Origin: Selaginella moellendorffii
Taxonomy: Eukaryota > Plantae > Lycopodiophyta
DNA: 64,000 nt
NCBI RefSeq assembly: GCF_000143415.4
Contig: NW_003314331.1
Location: forward strand, 367,507-431,506
Reading direction: 5' to 3'
Numbering within the stretch: position 1 is the stretch's first letter; every line of letters begins with the position of its first letter. Below the pieces are notes generated by a model that ran no database searches, was not told the origin of the DNA, and saw nothing but the letters and a program-made list of their open reading frames with translations. A program made the position numbers and the translations under genes. Shown piece by piece: positions 10,444 to 21,479 of the stretch.

Positions 10444-12861
10444 ATGAATCAAGTCACATTTCATCTCTTAATTCTCCATTTCACATTCTTTGCCCATTGT
10501 GACGGCGACGTTTTTCGTTCAAGAGTTCCCACAAACTCCTCATGGAGATTCAATCTAGACACCAGTGGCACCATCATCCTTTATCAGCCTTCTCGCAAGC
10601 TAGCGGCCGGATTCGCTTTTATTAATTGCGAAGCGTGTAATGCTAGGCCTAGTGTTTACTTCTCAGTGCTCATGCTAAGCAAGTCTCCCAGTAGTGTGGG
10701 AGACGTTGAATTCGGCCCGAGCGCTAGCCAAGCTCACTTAATCTGGGTTGCAAACAGAAACCGGCCAGTCTTCATGTACTGCACCCTCGAGCTACAGCTC
10801 GATGGAAACTTGGTCTTGCGAGATATCAACGCCACCATCGCGTGGGAATCCAACACGGCTGGGCTGGGCGTCGCGGGGATGGAGCTCCGCGAGACGGGCA
10901 ATCTGGTTCTCTATGGCAGCGGCAACCAAACGATCTGGCAGAGCTTTGGAGAGCTCCAAGACACGCTCACCATTGGTCAACGCCTCCAGCCTGGGGAATC
11001 TCTCGAGAGTAGCGTCTCCGAGTTTAACTTCTCTCGCGGCCACTTTCGCCTCCTCGTGGAGCCCGACCGGGTATCGCTCAAGTTCTCCACCTCCGGGGTG
11101 AGCTACGGCGAGTGGTGCGCTTATGGAGAAGAGATTGGATTCGTCACCATTGACAATGGATCACTAGGTTGCCACCGCAAGAAGGATAACTCCGAGATCC
11201 AATCCATCCTTTTCCCGGCTGCATCATCCGTAGTTAACAACAGGTTCTTGCGGCTCTTTCCTAGCGGCGATCTCCGGGTATACACCTCCGAGGGAGATAT
11301 TCTTGTCGAAACCGGGTATAGTATCATCAGCGACTTTGTGGAGGACTACTCGCCCTGCGGGAAGTTCCCGGGATCTTGTGGGGAGTATGGCGTGTGTACA
11401 ACGAGTGGAGAGTGCATTTGTCCCAGCTATTCCTCGTACTTGGACCCTAGCAATCCCAAGCTTGGATGCAAGCTATATCGCCCACCACCAGAGTCTTTGG
11501 AAAACTGCGAGGAAAACAGCGAGATCGAGGAATTTCCTGGGATGATCTCTGTGGGGTTGTACAAGGATTTTACAGACATGCCACTTGAGGAGTGTAGAAA
11601 TTCGTGCCTGGGGAACTGTAGCTGCAAGGGAGTGCTGTTCAGCACGCACAGGTGCGTGGAATTGCTCGAGGTTTTCACCGTGTGGAACTCTACGGGTATG
11701 TATGGAAAGTCTAAGAACATCACAGCGTTTGTGAAGATGGGCTTGCGGCATTCTACGAACTTGACTTTTCCAAAACCCAACAATCAGAGAAAAAAATCAT
11801 GGTCTTTGACTTACTTTGCTGTTGCCAGTGTTTTTGGAGCCGTTATTGTTGTGGTGGTAGCGGTGATATGGAAGTTCCCGAATGCAAAAGCTTTCAAGAA
11901 GTCTCAGCAGACGATTATGGAACAAGTCCGGCCAGAGTTTCCTAATGCTCCCAGGAGTTACGCGTATGAGGAGCTGTGTGAGATCACTGGCAACTTCAAG
12001 AGCAAACTTGGCCAGGGAGGATTTAGCACTGTTTTTGCGGGAGTTCTCCAGGATGGCAGCAAGGTTGCGGTCAAGAGATTGGAGACTGCAAGGCAAGGGC
12101 TCAAGCAGTTCATGGCTGAGGTGAGAACCATTGGCAGCATCCATCACCGAAACCTAGTTCAGTTGCAAGGCTATGGAGCTGACGACCATCACTATTACCT
12201 GGTATACGAGTTTGTAGAAAATCTCTCGCTAGATAAGTGGCTCTTCAGTAAGATCCACAGTCATGATCCAAAAAAGCAGCAGGCTTTGAGGTGGAAGATA
12301 AGATCTCAGATCGCCATGGACATTGCTCGTGGACTGGATTATCTTCACGGAGGATGCAAGGATCAGGTCCTCCACCTTGACATCAAGCCACAAAACATCC
12401 TCCTTGATGCAGATTTTGGAGCCAAGATTTGTGACTTTGGACTTGCAAGGCTGGTCGAGAGGAGTGATCACGAGAAGATCTTTGTCAACACGGTGATGCG
12501 AGGAACTCCCGGATACATGGCTCCTGAGTGGCTCCATTCCCGGGTGACGGACAAGGCAGATGTTTACAGCTTTGGGATCGTTTTGCTGGAGCTTGTGAGT
12601 GGAAGAAAGGTGGTGCCCCTACCATCCAGCGCGGTGATCAGCCACGGAGCTTCCAGGATCTTGAAAGTAAAAGCATTTGAAAGAAGTGAATTGCTGCTTG
12701 GAAACATGGATCCGGGGCTGTTGAATGTGCCGGACTTTAATTTGGAAGAGGCCAAAGAGTTGGTAAGGGTTGGACTTCTGTGCGTCCAGCAAGAACAGCT
12801 TCGAAGACCTTCTATCGGGGTTGTGTTGAAAATGCTGGAAGAAGCAATCAAAAAAATATGA
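10444..12861 (+). CDS. G-type lectin S-domain receptor-like Ser/Thr kinase (SD2-like), intronless, non-RD
   Basis: Signal peptide from ATG 10444; B-lectin motifs (IWVANRNRPV, GNLVL, IWQSF), EGF-like and PAN Cys patterns, TM helix, kinase GQGGFS..VAVK, HLDIKPQNILL, DFG, GTPGYMAPE. Confidence 0.95.
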   Translation: MNQVTFHLLILHFTFFAHCDGDVFRSRVPTNSSWRFNLDTSGTIILYQPSRKLAAGFAFINCEACNARPSVYFSVLMLSKSPSSVGDVEFGPSASQAHLIWVANRNRPVFMYCTLELQLDGNLVLRDINATIAWESNTAGLGVAGMELRETGNLVLYGSGNQTIWQSFGELQDTLTIGQRLQPGESLESSVSEFNFSRGHFRLLVEPDRVSLKFSTSGVSYGEWCAYGEEIGFVTIDNGSLGCHRKKDNSEIQSILFPAASSVVNNRFLRLFPSGDLRVYTSEGDILVETGYSIISDFVEDYSPCGKFPGSCGEYGVCTTSGECICPSYSSYLDPSNPKLGCKLYRPPPESLENCEENSEIEEFPGMISVGLYKDFTDMPLEECRNSCLGNCSCKGVLFSTHRCVELLEVFTVWNSTGMYGKSKNITAFVKMGLRHSTNLTFPKPNNQRKKSWSLTYFAVASVFGAVIVVVVAVIWKFPNAKAFKKSQQTIMEQVRPEFPNAPRSYAYEELCEITGNFKSKLGQGGFSTVFAGVLQDGSKVAVKRLETARQGLKQFMAEVRTIGSIHHRNLVQLQGYGADDHHYYLVYEFVENLSLDKWLFSKIHSHDPKKQQALRWKIRSQIAMDIARGLDYLHGGCKDQVLHLDIKPQNILLDADFGAKICDFGLARLVERSDHEKIFVNTVMRGTPGYMAPEWLHSRVTDKADVYSFGIVLLELVSGRKVVPLPSSAVISHGASRILKVKAFERSELLLGNMDPGLLNVPDFNLEEAKELVRVGLLCVQQEQLRRPSIGVVLKMLEEAIKKI

Positions 12862-13039
12862 AACAAAAAATTTAAAATTCATTTGGAGGATTTTTTATTT
12901 TTGGTCTGAATTCTCAGTGCAGGACAACCAAAAGTATTTAAGAAGTGGGAAGTCCAGTGATTGTTCAAAGATATTTTGGCATTGTAGGATTTGCTATTCT
13001 AAAACCGTAAAAATTAAATTTATTGCATCTCTTGATCCG

Positions 13040-14965
13040 GCTATCAATTCTCCATTTTTCCCGCTGTGCTCAAGAGTTCCTACAAATTCCTTGTGGCAAT
13101 TCGGTTTAAGCAGCATCATGCTCTACCAGCCTTCTCGCAATCTGGCAGCAGGGTTCGCTTCAATTCATTGCAAGACATGTTCTACTGCTAGTGTCTACTT
13201 CTCGGTGTTCAAGGCCCCGATAGCGTGAGAGAAATTGGCTCTGGCGCTAGGCAAGCTGGGTAGCAAACACAAACAGGCCAGTCTTCATGTACTGCGTCCT
13301 CGAGCTAGAGGAAACCTGCTCCTTGCGAGATAGCAACCACAGCATCGCGTGGGAATCCAAGACCGCTGGCATGGGCGTCGTGGGGATGGAGCTCCTCGAG
13401 ACCCGCAATCTTGTTCTCTATGGCAGCGCTAACGAGATGGATGATATGGCAGAGCTTTGCAGATCCCCACGATACACTCGTCGGCCAGCGCCTCCTGCCC
13501 GGGCAATCGATTGTGAGCAGCGTCTCCAAGCATAACTTTTCGCGTGGCTACTTTCGCCTCCTCGTGGAACACGACCGGGTATCGCTGAAGTTCTCCACCT
13601 CTGGGGTGAGCTCTGCTTCCAAAGAGGAGATTGGATTCCTTGCAATAAACAATGGATCGCTAAGTAGTAAGTTGCCACCGCAAGAAGGATGGCTCCATGA
13701 TCACGTTCACTTTCCCGCCGACTAAGAGCAGATTCTTGGGCTTCTTCCAAGCGGCGATCTCCGGGTCTACGGCGATGTTGTGGAGGACAACTCGCTTCTG
13801 TACGACGAGTGGAGATTGCATCTGTCCCGCGAGATGAGTAATGAGCTCGAGGAGTATCCTGTGGACTATACAAGGATTTAACAAACGTGTCGATTGAGCA
13901 GTGTAAGAGTTCGTGCCTGGGGAGTGCTGTTTAGCTTGCACAGGTGCGTGGAGTTGCCTGAGGTTTTCACATTGTGGAACTCAGCATAACTATATGACCG
14001 GTGAAAGAAATTGAGGTCATCGGCTGACATTGCGGCTGCCATTGTTTTTGGAGCAGCCATCGTTTTGGTGGTCGCGGTATGGAAGTTTTACAAAGCAACA
14101 GCTTTCACACCAAAAGAGACAGGGAAGAACTCTCCGAGTAGGGAATTACTCCGGCCAGAGTTTCCTAACGCTCCCAGGTACTGTGAGCACGAGGAGCTGT
14201 GTGAGATCACTAGCAACTTCAAGACTAAACTTGGTCGGGGAGGATTTAGCACCGTTTTTGCGGGAGTTCTTCAAGATGGCAACAGGTTGCCGTAAAAAGG
14301 TTGGAGAGCGCAAAGCAAGGGCTCAAGAAATTCGAGGCCGAGGTGAGAACCGTTGGAAGCACCCATCATCGAAACCTGGTCAAGTTGCAAGGCTATGGAG
14401 CTCACGGCCAGCACTACTACCTGGTATACGAGTTTGTGGAAATCTTTCGCTGGATAAGTGGCTCTTTAGTAATATCCCGGACAAGCATGAACATTTGAGC
14501 TCGAGGACTAGATTACCTTCACGGAGGATGCAAGGATCAGGTCCTCCACCTGATATCAAGCCGCAAAACATCCTCCATGACGCAGACTTTGGAGCTAAGA
14601 TTTGTGATTTTGGACTTGCAAGGCTGGTTGAAAGGAGTGATCACGAGAAGAACTTTGTCAACACGGTGATGCGGGGAACTCCCAGATACATGGCTCCAGA
14701 GTGACTCCATTCACGGGTGACAGAGAAGGCAGATGTTTAGAGCTGGAGCTTCTGAGTGGGAGGAAAACGGTTCCCCTCCCGTCTAGTGCCTCGATCAGTC
14801 AGGGAACTTCCAGGATCTTGAAAGTAAAAGCATTCGAAAGGATTGAGTTGCTGCTGGAAAACGTGGATCCTGTTGATTGTGCCGGAGTTTGATTTAGAAG
14901 AGGCCAAAGAGGTCGTAAGGATTGTACTTCTGTGCGTCCGCCAAAAACAGGTTCAAAGACGTTGG
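13040..14965 (+). pseudogene. Tandem S-domain RLK pseudogene
   Basis: Collinear with 10444-12861 (SRVPTNS, IWQSFADPHDTL, PEFPNAPRY, DIKPQNIL, YMAPE*) but split by frameshifts, deletions and stops. Confidence 0.9.
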
Positions 14966-15062
14966 CAAGCAAAAAAAATAAAAATTAAAAATAATGAATT
15001 CTAAAAAGGTGGTCCTCTATAATAGGACTCCTTTTCTAATAGAATTTTAGGTCTACTCAAAG

Positions 15063-16031
15063 ATGGCTCTTTCTTCTCGGAAAGGTGGCGGTGCTTCGTT
15101 TATCAAGTATAACCCATCTTTGCGGTTTAATTCTGGAGGTAAAGAAAGAACTATAAAGATGGTGGAGCTGCCGGTGGATCCGCTAGAGCCCCCCAAGTTT
15201 AAGTACAAGAAACTTCCCCGGCTCTCGGGCTCGCCTCTGGTACGCATCATGCACTCACCAGCTCGTCCAGTGACTGTCCAGGATCAACAAGACTGGAAGA
15301 TCGTCCCTTGCATCTCCAACTGGAAGAATCCCAAAGGATACACAATTGGATTGGACAAGCGCTTGGCCGCCGATGGGAGGGGGGTCCAGGAGGTGCAAAT
15401 CAATCACAGGTTTGCCCACCTCTCTGAGGCTCTCCACGGTGCGGAGAATAAGTCGCGGGAGGCCGTACTGTTGCGGTCACAGATCCAGAAGGAGATCCAT
15501 CTCAACGAACAGAGTAAAAGAGAGCAGGAGCTTCGATCGCTCGCTGAAAGAGCGAGAACGGAAAGAAGTCATATTGGATTGAGGGAAGAACAAGAGGAGC
15601 GAGAAGACGAGGAAAGGCAAGAGAGGGATGTGATTCGTGGCGAGCGGAAGAGGGAACGCGAGCGAGAAGCTTGTTTGAGGAAATCTTCAAAGAGGAAAAT
15701 TGTGAGGGATTGCGAGAGGGATATCTCCGAGAAGGTTGCTCTTGGATCCATGGCTAGTGTCACGAAGGGTGGTGAGCTGGTGTATGATCAGCGATTGTTT
15801 AACCAGGAGCAAGGCATGGATTCTGGCTATGGCGGCGATGACAGTGTGTACAATGTGTATGACAAGGGGCTCTTCCATCCAAGCTTGGGTGGCTTGCACA
15901 GGCCAAAAAAAGATGGTATTAACGAGGAGCTAGGAGGATTATCACGGGACAAGCCGGTTGAATTTGAGAAGGATTCATCGGATCCTTTTGGATTGAATGA
16001 CTTCCTGAGTAAAATTAAAACTGAGAGGTAA
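15063..16031 (+). CDS. SKIP: SKIP/SNW1 (Prp45) splicing-factor paralog, N-terminally truncated
   Basis: Uninterrupted 322-aa ORF with DPLEPPKF, MHSP, CISNWKNPKGYTI.LDKRLAADGRG, RDISEKVALG, YDQRLFNQ, PVEFEK and DPFGL motifs. Confidence 0.85.
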   Translation: MALSSRKGGGASFIKYNPSLRFNSGGKERTIKMVELPVDPLEPPKFKYKKLPRLSGSPLVRIMHSPARPVTVQDQQDWKIVPCISNWKNPKGYTIGLDKRLAADGRGVQEVQINHRFAHLSEALHGAENKSREAVLLRSQIQKEIHLNEQSKREQELRSLAERARTERSHIGLREEQEEREDEERQERDVIRGERKREREREACLRKSSKRKIVRDCERDISEKVALGSMASVTKGGELVYDQRLFNQEQGMDSGYGGDDSVYNVYDKGLFHPSLGGLHRPKKDGINEELGGLSRDKPVEFEKDSSDPFGLNDFLSKIKTER

Positions 16032-16140
16032 GACGAAAGTTGACGAAGACCAAAATTGACCGTAGAGAACTTCGAAAGATGATCGAGCTTTAGAATTTGA
16101 AGAAAACTAATGAAAGAAAGAAAGGTTTTTAACATTACCA

Positions 16141-17702
16141 TCAGGAAGCCGAGGGAGCTGTCAGGAGCTCGAGCGAGCGCCTGAGATAGCTGATTGCGGT
16201 GGGGACGTCGTCAAACGCTAGAGCGCTCACTGCAAACCTGGATGCCTTGTGTGCCTCTGTTATCTTCTCCGGTGGAGGCTTGTAGTTCTTCTCCAGCTCC
16301 GGCAATGGTGGAGCACTCGAGGTCCTCGGCAGTGGCGGCGGCTCATACACTGGCTGCTGCTGATACGCTGCTGCTGCTGCCGCTGCTGGAGCCTGCTGAT
16401 AAGAAGAAGCCGGATTGATCGTCGGAGCTTGGAATGATCCACCACCAGGTTGAGTGAAGCACGGATACGATGGAGGCGAGTGGTAGTCTCCGGATCCTGG
16501 GTGTTGCTGAGAAAACGGTGCCGACGAGCTCGGGTAGAAACCGGATGAGGGATACGTCGCGGAGGGGTAGCCACTGTCCATGGGATAGTCGTTTGTCCGA
16601 GACGTTTCCCAGCGGTCAGACTGAGGAAAGTGCTCGGGTGCATTTTGGAAATGCTCCACCGAGTTGCTACTGTAGAAGGAAGTCTCCGGTGGCGGCGGCG
16701 GCGGCGGCGGTGGTGGTGGTGGTGGCGGTGGCGGCGGCGTATGATCGAGTTGAGATGGAGCTGGAGCTGACGAGGAGTAATAGGCTGCTGTAGCGTGGTC
16801 GATACTGGTTTTGGGATTGACTGGTGGTGAAGGAGCCCGAGGTGCCTCTCCAGTGAGTAATTCTTGCTGCCAAAGCGGAGAAACACAGATTCTTAAGAAC
16901 ATAAAAAAGCACGAGCTAGAAAAGCCTCACCTCGGAGAAAACGTCGTCGAGTGAGAAGCCGGCATCGCCACCGGGTGGTCCAGGCTCGGGCTTTCGCCCC
17001 TCGCTCAAGGCCTTCCGGATATCAGCCGCCTTCCAAACGGCGTACTTTTGCTTTTGCTCGATCTACAAATGCCCCTGGAAAACGTTAATGCAATACTCAT
17101 TGGAGAAGCAAAAAGCAGGGAAAAGCAATTACTTCGGGTTGGAGATCTCCAAACTGCGTCAAGATCTCGAAGAAAATACTGGATGCGTAGAAAGTTTTCG
17201 CAGTGTTTCTAGACAATCGAAAGAGAAAAAAAAGCTGAGAGACCGCACAAAGAAAATAGATCACACATACAAGTCTGCTCGTCCAGCCCGGTCTTGCTTG
17301 TCCGCCTTGGAGAAAACACCCAAGGCAAATCCTTCCACATGTAAGTTGTCGTCCGGGCTGAGCTTCACGGTTTTCTTATCCTAAACAAAGGAATAGAGCT
17401 CAGCACTAAAGGAACTTCCTTCGTTCTTACCTTCTCGAGCTGATTCATCAGCGACAAAAGCAGCGCGTTCATGGTCTTAGACCGCTCCTTCGCTGGAACT
17501 TTGAGGCCTCTCTCCATCGCATACAACCGACCTAGCCAAGCGTTTTTAGCGAGAAATCCCTGCTAGATTTCAATCGACACTCACAGTAATACGCCACCAG
17601 CGGATCGTGCTTCTGGAGCTCGTCGGCGCGCTGCAAGTAGGGCAGCATGATCGTCTTGGCCAGCTCCACGCCCCCGCCTGCGCCATCGTCTCCCGCTCCC
17701 AT
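16141..17702 (-). CDS. LIP5: VTA1/LIP5 (ESCRT/VPS4 regulator), multi-exon
   Basis: N-terminal MIT region MLPYLQRADELQKHDPLVAYYC|RLYAMERGL; QKYAVWKAADIRKAL; Pro-rich linker; C-terminal VSL motif AHKASRFAVSALAFDDVPTAI. Confidence 0.92.
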
Positions 17703-17749
17703 TGTGGGAAGAACCCTAATCTCAGTGATTGCGTGGCACCATATCACGT

Positions 17750-19190
17750 TGCTATAGCGCGCTTCCAATGGACGGCCTTTGGAGCTGCTCGTGGCAAGCG
17801 CACAGCAATCCAATCCTCACCATCTCTTTCGCTCGCTGCTCGCTCAGATCCTTCTCTATCAACGTTATCGAGCAGCAGGTCACTCCGCTCAAACGCTTTT
17901 GTTCCCAGCAAGAACTCATGATCAGTCCCTTGAAGATCTTCTCCTGGACTGGTGATCACTGCGCTTGATGGGAGAGCCACCACCTTTCTTCCACTCACAA
18001 ACTCCAGCAAAACGATCCAAAGCTGCCTTGTCCGTCACCCCCGAGTGGAGCCACTCGGGAGCCATGTATCCGGGAGTCCCTCGCATGGCCGTGCTGACAG
18101 AGTTCTTCTCGTGATCAACTCTCTCGACCGAGTCCAAAGTCACAAATCTTGGCTCCAAAGCTTGCATCCAGGAGGATGTTTTGCGGCTTGATATCGAGGT
18201 GGAGGCCCGATCCTTGCAACCTCCGTGAAGATAATCCAGGCCTCGGGCAATATCTCTCAGTGCCTGCTGCTTCATCGATCTTAGTAAAGAGCCACTTGTC
18301 CAGCGAGAGATATTCCACAAACTCGGTAGTAGTGCTGGCCGTGAGCTCCATAGCCTTGCAACCTAACCAGGTTCTGGTGACGGACGCTTCCAATGGTTCT
18401 TCCGCCATGAACTGCTTGAGCCCTTGCCTTGCAGCCTCCAATTTCTTGACCACCACCTTGGAGAGCTCCCGCGAAAACACTGCTAAATCCTCGTTAAGTT
18501 TTCTCTCGAAGTTGCTAGTGATCTCGCACAGCTCCTTTACTTAAAGTACCGTGGAGAGTTCTCAAGCTCTGGCAGGACGATACAGCTATTCCCCATTGTC
18601 TCAGAGCTTGCCCGGCGCTCAAACGTTTTGGCCTTGTAAAACTTCCATACCGCCATCACCATGACAGCGGCAGCTACTAGAAGAATGGCAGCAACGACAT
18701 AAGCCGTTGGCCATGGTTTTCTTAGAATTTCTCGCTTACTCGACGATCTTCCACTCTCTTCTCTTTTGTTGCTTGGAACTTCAGGTATCCTTGAGATCTC
18801 GGCCATGCTCATCTTTAAGAATGGGGTGGAGTACAAGCAGTCAAACATACTGGACAGCGTTGAAGAGTTCCACATCGTTAAAACCTGGGAGCACTCGTCA
18901 ATTCGGCAAAGTATGCAGCTAGAGTTTTGCAAGCAGGAGTTCTTGCTCTTGGACGTTGAAACCTCCGGAAAGTAGTGATCATCCAGGGAAACTCGACGAG
19001 CTCGTTATCATTGTTGCCGAGCTGATGATCGAGTGGTGGGCGATTGAGCTTGCAGCCAAGTCTGGGATCCTCGGCATCGAGATACGAGGAAATAGCTTGC
19101 CGGACAAACAGTCTCCAGTACCGCCGTACTCTCCAGAAGACACCCGCAAGGAGTTGAAAAGCTTTGACAGCATTGACAAGAGTTGATCTG
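17750..19190 (-). pseudogene. Inverted S-domain RLK pseudogene (EGF/PAN-TM-kinase part)
   Basis: Fragments SGEYGG..C, YLDAEDPRLGCKL, TM AYVVAAILLVAAAVMVMAVWKF, ARQGLKQFMAE, HLDIKPQNILLD, GTPGYMAPEW in shifting frames. Confidence 0.88.
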
Positions 19191-21479
19191 CAATGGTGAG
19201 CGAGGTAGCTGACAGGGTAGTTCACAATCTCCGCATGGGTCTTAACCACCTGAACAGAAGCAATAATTAGCATGGGGCAAAAAAAGGACATCAGATATAG
19301 GCAACTACTACACAAATACAAAGAAGTCCAGGATGGGGGTGATGCAGATGAACTAATCACAGTCATCAGTGATGGCAAACCATTCTGGGATTCCAACACC
19401 AAGCTTTCTCCTTGTCCATGTGATGTTCTCAAGAGCAGGAGCAAGGGCAAGGCAAAGTCTGCCATTCACTTTGTTCAAAAAACCCAGGTGTACTATCTAA
19501 CCATGCCACAGTTATGGATCCTCATTATTCAACTGGAGTTCCTTAATTTTTGGCTTGTAGGAATTTCCCATATTATCCAAACTTGCCAAGTGGCTCCTCC
19601 GCCGATTCTAACTCCACTGCTATTTCAGGATTTTTGACTTGTGCTTTTCCATATCTATTTACGGCTTTTCCACTTTTGTTTGTGGTTGTGTTTGTGGCTT
19701 TTCCAACTTTGTGGTTTATTAAACTTTACTGTTTCTCCAACAAACAGTGTTTATATATCAATCAAGATGAGTTTTTCAAGGATTTCAAGTGAGCCTACCC
19801 TGAGATGAAAATTGGCATCAGGACATTTGAAAGCTTAAAACCAGGTTCAAGCATTTTAGAAAGTTCAATATGTATTATATATATCATGTGAAGATGACTC
19901 CCATGCACTAGGGGATGGCATTGCACAGTTTGCCTTGTGCTTGTATGCTTGTCATGCTTTGAGATTAGTTTTTCAAAGACAATTGCTAACATCTGGGATA
20001 TGATAGATACAGCTCTTTCCCAATGCTGGCACATAACACTTCATGATATTGGCAGCCCGAATATCTCCTCAAAGTGAGGAAGGCACCACAACTAGCTACT
20101 CTAAAATTAGGTTGGTGGCCTAGGGACAATGTGTAATAATGCTATGTATAGAGAATGACAATTATAATGTCTTGCCTACTATGGGGACAGAATGTCTATT
20201 TTAGCTTTTGGAATTGTATGTATAATATGAAAAAAAGTGTTGCAAGCAACACTTGGTTTGCTTTTGTTTTCAAATATTTTTATTATAATATAACTTTTGA
20301 GATTGCATAGCCAGGATTGTGACCTTGATGGCAAAGTATGTCCAGTTGTGGTGGATTTCTTTTTTGGTTTTTGATATCCAAGTCTGGAAATATTTCATGG
20401 AAGTATTCACTCTTCCTCTTTTACTCTGCAGATTTTATAGGAAAACTTTGTCCTATAGCAAAAGAACACATTCAAACTTTATAAGAAGGGAGCATCTAGC
20501 CATCTATCTTGATGTTCCAGATTCTGCAACTTTGCCCTATGGAGTGATTGCAATTTATCTGATTGCCAGTTCAGGCAGAAGCTTTGTATGCACAAAGCTA
20601 CTATAGCCAAAGAGTAGTCAGGATTTAATGTTGAGCTGTATAGATACTTGAGCTGTCATGTCACTTCACAAACTTATAAAGGATAGAGGCAGACATAAAT
20701 GTTTGGAAGAAGATGGGTTTTTGGGCTTATGATTCAAAATAACAAACATACTACAATCGTAAGGTAGCCTTTGTCTCTTATCATTAAACAAACAAGGCAC
20801 ATTATTCATTCAACAAGGAGTTCTAAGTGTTTATCTATGTAATTGAGGCATACTACACTACCCATCCCCAAGGCAATTAAGATCTTGAAACCAAAGGAGG
20901 GGTTTGATGATATTGTTAAGAATCCCATCTCAAGGGATATTGGTTATGCTCAAGTAGTGTTCAAGTTCGCCTCTAGAACAACCTGGCCACATGAAGAGGA
21001 GGTAGTGGCACTGGACAAGCATGAAAGCAAATGCTTAGATGTGATGCCTGTGAAACATCCCTCTAATCTGGAGAAGATGTTGTTCCTGGTGTTGGTCTGT
21101 TAGATGCTAAGAGGAGTGTTTGTATTGCAATGGAATAGTGCTATTTATATTTAGTATTATTTATTAATCTAATTAATAAATAATTATGAGCATGTTTCTG
21201 TGTTTAGACAAGTTTATAATTATAAATACAAGATTAATCTAAATGAATAACTAATAAAATATTCTAGAATATCCAAGATATTCTAGGTATATTCACTACC
21301 ACCTTGGTTTGCTTAAACAAACCAAAAAAGGAAAAGTTACCTTTCATAGCATTTTGTTTTGTAGGTTATCAAGGCTGTTGGAGTCCCACTGATTACCTAC
21401 ATTTGACATCTCTGTGTATGTATCTAAGAATGCATTTGTGAATATTCAAACCTTTATTAACAAAATTATTGTAGAGTTC

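Noticed and set aside
19200-21100. Possible LINE zf-RVT or other TE coding traces
   Set aside because: Only weak partial motifs (IWEIP..KL); too degenerate to call.
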